Shown here: positions 59,578 through 64,000 of the stretch, piece by piece
Position numbering within the stretch: position 1 is the stretch's first letter
Layout of the letters: every line of letters starts with the position of its first letter
Origin: Somniosus microcephalus
Lineage: Eukaryota
DNA: 64,000 nucleotides
Direction of reading: 5' to 3'
NCBI GenBank assembly: GCA_052327205.1
Contig: CM126207.1
Span: 260,648,001-260,712,000 of the forward strand
Program-made: the position numbers and the translations under genes
Notes under the pieces: generated by a model
What the model saw: the letters and a program-made list of their open reading frames with translations, nothing else
The model's database searches: none
Told to the model about the DNA's origin: nothing

Positions 59578-59892
59578 AGTCACATTCTTCCTCAGCATTA
59601 ACTATACCGCCTCCCCCTGCCCCCCACCCCCCGCACCGATTAAACCCCTTCCTGTTCACTCCGACTGTATAGGTCTCCTCCTCACAGTACAATTCCAGAA
59701 TGCCAACCCCACTGCTGCTGTACAAGATTCTTAAATCTAAATTAACAGTCCAATACTAAAAGAAATGTCTGTGTTTATATAATGCCGTTAGCGCAATGTC
59801 AAAATGTCTCCGGGTGCTTTTTTGGAGTGCAGCGACTGTTGGTATGCAAGCAAACACGGTGGCCATTTTGTGCCAACAGACAAGGAAAGGAT

Positions 59893-60214
59893 TTCACAGA
59901 GATTCACAGAAACCCCACAGTGCAGATAGAGGCCATTTCGGCCCATCGAGCCTGCACCGACACATATCCCACCCGATCCCCGTAACCCCACGTATTTAAT
60001 CCCCCTAGCACTAAGGGTCAATTTTATCATAGCCAATCAACCTAACCCGCACATCTTTGGACTGTGGGAGGAAACCGGAGCACCCGGAGGAAACCCACGC
60101 AAACACGGGGAGAATGTGCAAACTCCACACAGACAGTCACCCGAGGCCGGATTCGAACCCGGGTCCCTGGCGCTGTGAGGCAACAGTGCTAACCACTATG
60201 CCACCGTGCTGCCC
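59893..60214 (-). mobile_element. HE1-type V-SINE, full length
   Basis: Head GGGCAGCACGGTGGCATAGTGGTTAGCAC, B box GGTTCGAATCC, V-domain GTGGGTTTCCTCCGGGTGCTCCGGTTTCCTCCCACA, CR1-like tail. Confidence 0.92.
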
Positions 60215-60299
60215 TTTTTACTGTTAATTTTTACGGTGGTTAAGGGAGGTCTGTTGCCCAGGTCACCACCAGCGATAGGACCTTGAACATCCATTGCCT

Positions 60300-61012
60300 G
60301 AAAGACCTGGGTGTCCTTGTGCACCAGTCGCTGAAGGTAAGCATGCAGGTGCAGCAGGCGGTTAAGAAGGCAAATAGTATGTTGGCCTTCATAGCGGGAG
60401 GATTAGAGTACAGGAGGAAGGATGTCTTGCTGCAGTTGTACAGGACCTTGGTGAGACCGCACCTTGAGTATTGTGTGCAGTTTTGGTCACCTTATCTGAG
60501 GAAGGATGTTCTTGCCATAGAGGGAGTGCAGTGAAGATTCACCAGACTGATACCTGGGGTGGCAGGAATGACGTATGAAGAGAGATTGGGTCGATTAGGC
60601 TTATATTTGCTAGAGTTTAGAAGAATGAGAGGGGATCTCATTGAAACTTATAAAATTCTAACAGGACTAGACAGACTAGATGCAGGAAGGCTGTTCCTGA
60701 TGGCGGGGGAGTCCAGAACCAGGGGTCACAGTCTAAGGATAAGGGGTAAGCCATTTAGGACAGAGATGAGGAGGAATTTCTTCACCCAGAGAGTGGTGAA
60801 CCTGTGGAATTCTCTACCACAGAAGACAGTTGAGGCCAATTCATTAAATATATTCAAGAAGGAGTTAGATATATTTTGTAAGGCTAAAGGGATCAAGGGA
60901 TATGGGGAGAAAGCAGGGACAGGGTACTGAATTTGGATGATCAGCCATGATCGCATTAAATGGCGGAGTAGGCTCGAGGGGCCGAATGGCCTACCCCTGC
61001 TCCTATCTTCCA
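60300..61012 (+). mobile_element. Young CR1 3' fragment, one in-frame TGA at 60532-60534
   Basis: DLGVLVHQSLK...VQ*RFTRLIPG...KGYGEKAGTGY*. Confidence 0.95.
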
Positions 61013-61887
61013 TTCCCTGGGCTCATTCAACATCTAGTGTGGTACTGAGCTAGACAGGCAGAAAAGGCCCCCAAGTTCGGTCCACCAATGTGTGCAGACT
61101 GAGCTAATCTAGTCTAGGACAGCACTAGAGGTGCTGCCATTTATCTCAGTGCCTCGGGGTAAGGGGCAAAGAAAACCAGTCGGGATACCCGCTGATGATT
61201 GGGACAGGCCGAGCGTTGCCTGCTGGGGAGTGCAAGTGTCTGGTTGAATAAGCCGCTGTCCAGGTCAACATGGATCATGACCACTCGGACAATGTAGAAG
61301 GGGTTGCCCCAGCAAGTGGGGGTGGGGGGGGGCATCACCTTCAGGGGGAGGGCACAGGAACAACCGATGACCGAGCAGGAGAAAAAGAGATGTCAGTGTC
61401 TTACAGCCATGAGCCTGGTGTGGTTCATCAATTACTGAGCCCAGATGGCCATCAACAGTTTGGTTCCCCAACTCTCCATCCTACACCTTACTCCACACCT
61501 GCAACGAGCAGCGTGTTTTACTAGCGGAGTCACTTGTCCGTGCGGTTTGCTTCTGATTGTGCTCCTAAATTAATGTTACAAAAAGTGGATGTGGAATAAA
61601 GATTTGGCAACGGGCTATTTTTATCTGCGCTGCTCGCTAACCAGACTCCGTGCTATGCCAGAAAACCACTCCTCGCCACCGCCAAATCCAACCTGCACAC
61701 AGTAGCAGAGTATCGTGATCCACACGCGGTGAAAATATGCCCCATTTTTATCTTGGGTTTTCTGTTTGGGTTCAATTGCTGAGCGAACAGCTAAACCGGG
61801 TCTGGGGCAAAGATATGCAAACTCACAGCTTATTTTCTCTCCACCCCCCATTCCCCCCCCCCCCAATGAATGTTGGGCCTACCAATT

Positions 61888-62110
61888 GTAGTCATTGTTG
61901 TAGTGCAGGAATCGCAGCAGCCAATTTGCACACAGCAAGCTCCCATAAACAACAATGTGATAATGTCCAGATAATCTGTTACTAGTGATGTTGGTTGAGG
62001 GATAAATATTGGCCCAGGACACCGGGGAGAACTCCCCTACTCTCCTTCGAAATAGTGCCGTGGGATCTTTCACATCCACCCAAGAGAGCAGACGGGGCCT
62101 CGGTTAAATG
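61888..62110 (-). mobile_element. Deu-SINE middle fragment
   Basis: gcagccaatttgcacacagcaagctccc...gacggggcctcgg. Confidence 0.88.
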
Positions 62111-62383
62111 TCCAATCACAGCTTGGCTCTGTCAGGAGCCACACCTGCTGAGGAATTCCTGCGACCACGAGATAGATGGGAATAAGAGACACTCCACATA
62201 GACCTGCTTCACAGGCATCGGAGCGAGAGGTCTCTCCCATTCTCCCGTGCCCCGACACGTGTTTGGCTTCCAAACCTCTCGACTATCACTTGAGGAAGGG
62301 ACGGTGGAACCACCTTGAAGAGATAGTTGTTATGATCTGGGATGCACTGCCTGCAAGGGTGGTGGAAGCAAGATTCGATAGTA

Positions 62384-62948
62384 CAGGTACACTATCCCTT
62401 ATCCGAAAGCCTTGGGACCAGCTGAGTTTCGGTTTTCGGAATTTTTCGGATTTCAGAAGGTATTATTATAAGACTGGGAAATTTGTATTTAATATAAATT
62501 TTAAAAGTTCAGGCTACCTCTTGCGACTGTTCCGTGTCTCATTCCCCTTCCTGTTTCTCTGGAAAGCCGGATATCGGCTGACTCCTACTAAGCTGGCCCG
62601 CAAATCAGGTCGGGGGTCGGGTCGGGTGGGGAGAAAAGAATATCGGACGGGCCGCGGTTCAGGTCGGGGGGGAGAAAAGAATATCGGACGGGCCGTGGTT
62701 CGGGTCGGGGGGAGAAAAGAATATCGGACGGGCCGCTGTATTGTTGGGTTCACTCTCCCAGTACCTCCTTCACACTGCCCGGCTCGGCCTGCAATCTCCT
62801 ACCCAGGAGGGAACTCTGTGACCCTCTGCCCTGCTCAGCGTAAGTCGTGCACCACTCTGGTCATGTCGTGCGCACGACTTACGCTGAACGAAAAAACTTT
62901 CGGTTTTTTAGAGGTTTTCGGAAGTTCGGATAAAGGATAGTCTACCTG
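62384..62948. mobile_element. Tc1/mariner-superfamily (pogo/Tigger-like) MITE inserted at TA in a CR1 3' end (62325-63105)
   Basis: TA-CAGGTACACTATCCCTTATCCGAA ... TTCGGATAAAGGATAGTCTACCTG-TA; internal ~40-bp unit x3 at 62615-62737. Confidence 0.9.
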
Positions 62949-63638
62949 TAACATACAGAAAGGGAACTGGATGCGTAGTTGAAAAGGAAACATTTGCAGG
63001 GTTATGGAAAAAAAATACAGGGCAGGAGGAGTGGGGCTAATCTCACAAAGAGCAGCACAGGCATGATGGGCCGAATGGCCTCCTTCTGCACTGTAAGATT
63101 CTATGACTTGCTCCTCTTTCACTCTGACCTCACACACTAGACCCTTTCATTTTCCTCAGCACCAGCTCAAAACTACCACCTTGCGTGACCGACAAAATGA
63201 TCTTAAAACTGATGGGGAATCTCCCCTCTGTGTCATTTCACTTGGCTTGCGTGGCAGCTCCCTGGCACATTACACCCCACCAGTCCTGAGCTTACATACA
63301 CCATGAAAGACTAAGTACAGGTTTGAGCTACTGTGTGTATTTGCGACCAGTTTCCTGTCACAATAATAATCTGGCTCCGTTCGCACGAGGGGGGTGAAGC
63401 AGCCAGCCAGCAGACTGCTGAAAGCGGCTGTCTGCTTTCGCCAGGGCTGCCTGTTTTTCCCCCCCTCAAGTCTCACAAGCCGGCGACACCCTGAGCAGCA
63501 GGCAAGTTCAAACCGATCGGTGCGAACACCAGAGAGAGGCCGAGCGAAACCCGAGCCTTCCCTGGTGTTCTTTACTTACAGCGCGGCCAAGCAAGCCAGC
63601 CCTTCTCCCCCGAGAGTAACGATGACCGAGTCTCTTAC

Positions 63639-63670
63639 CTGGGTAGACTTTCATGTCAGGAATAGGTTCC
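63639..63670 (-). other. Candidate 32-nt exon
   Basis: cttctttccttcag|GGAACCTATTCCTGACATGAAAGTCTACCCAG|gtaaga. Only one open frame (EPIPDMKVYP); not recognised. Confidence 0.3.
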
Positions 63671-64000
63671 CTGAAGGAAAGAAGTCTCACTCACTCTTGC
63701 AGGTGAACGGGTCAACTTCAGAGGGCGCCAGAAATGATGGGTGAAGGGGAGGGCGGGGACACTACTTTGGCATTTGCAAAAATAAAGAATAAGGTCCTGT
63801 CTCCTTCTAGTGCATGCCGGCTGATAGTGTGTTTTTGTGCTGTGCAACTTACTGTTCAAACTTGTCACTGAGAGCGGCAATGACTCAAGTTTCTGACTCA
63901 CCGTTGCCTGTGACAGCAAGTCATGGGCTGGCTTACTATCACAGGACAAAGCACAGCCTAGGTCGACAGAGGTTCACTCCAGTTAAAGGCTCCAGTGACC

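Noticed and set aside
60140-60214. tRNA gene
   Set aside because: It is the tRNA-derived head of the HE1-type SINE and continues into the V-domain.
62176-62940. 254-aa ORF
   Set aside because: Runs across unique DNA, a CR1 fragment and a MITE with tandem repeats; no transposase motifs.

Overview
This is eukaryotic, repeat-rich DNA. The repeat inventory (HE1-type V-SINE, SacSINE1/Deu-domain SINEs, many CR1/HER1-type LINEs) points to a shark or other cartilaginous fish (inference). I recognise no host protein-coding exon, so the window looks like a large intron or gene desert. It has several TE-free, AT/homeobox-rich islands that resemble conserved enhancers. Main elements: (1) a near-intact Ty3/Gypsy provirus (23690-28955, minus strand, 5-bp TSD, LTRs differing by only 2 substitutions and a 3-bp indel, one 8-bp frameshifting duplication); (2) a young 3.2-kb CR1 LINE with a single 4-bp lesion, nested in a Deu-SINE; (3) fragments of L2, RTE, Rex1 and a Crack/L2-like LINE, plus hAT, Harbinger-like and Tc1/mariner-type MITEs, often nested with readable TSDs; (4) five Penelope-like 3' ends, each carrying a minimal hammerhead-ribozyme motif; (5) a 491-bp solo LTR with a 50-bp-period CRE/E-box array. 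The most unusual signal is in the Gypsy leader. It has frame-preserving repeats, a nearly open antisense frame starting at YY1/Kozak-like AAATGGCGG and ending before an antisense AATAAA, and a bulged near-perfect complement of miR-124. This part is speculative. All boundaries and alignments were read by eye and no searches were run.
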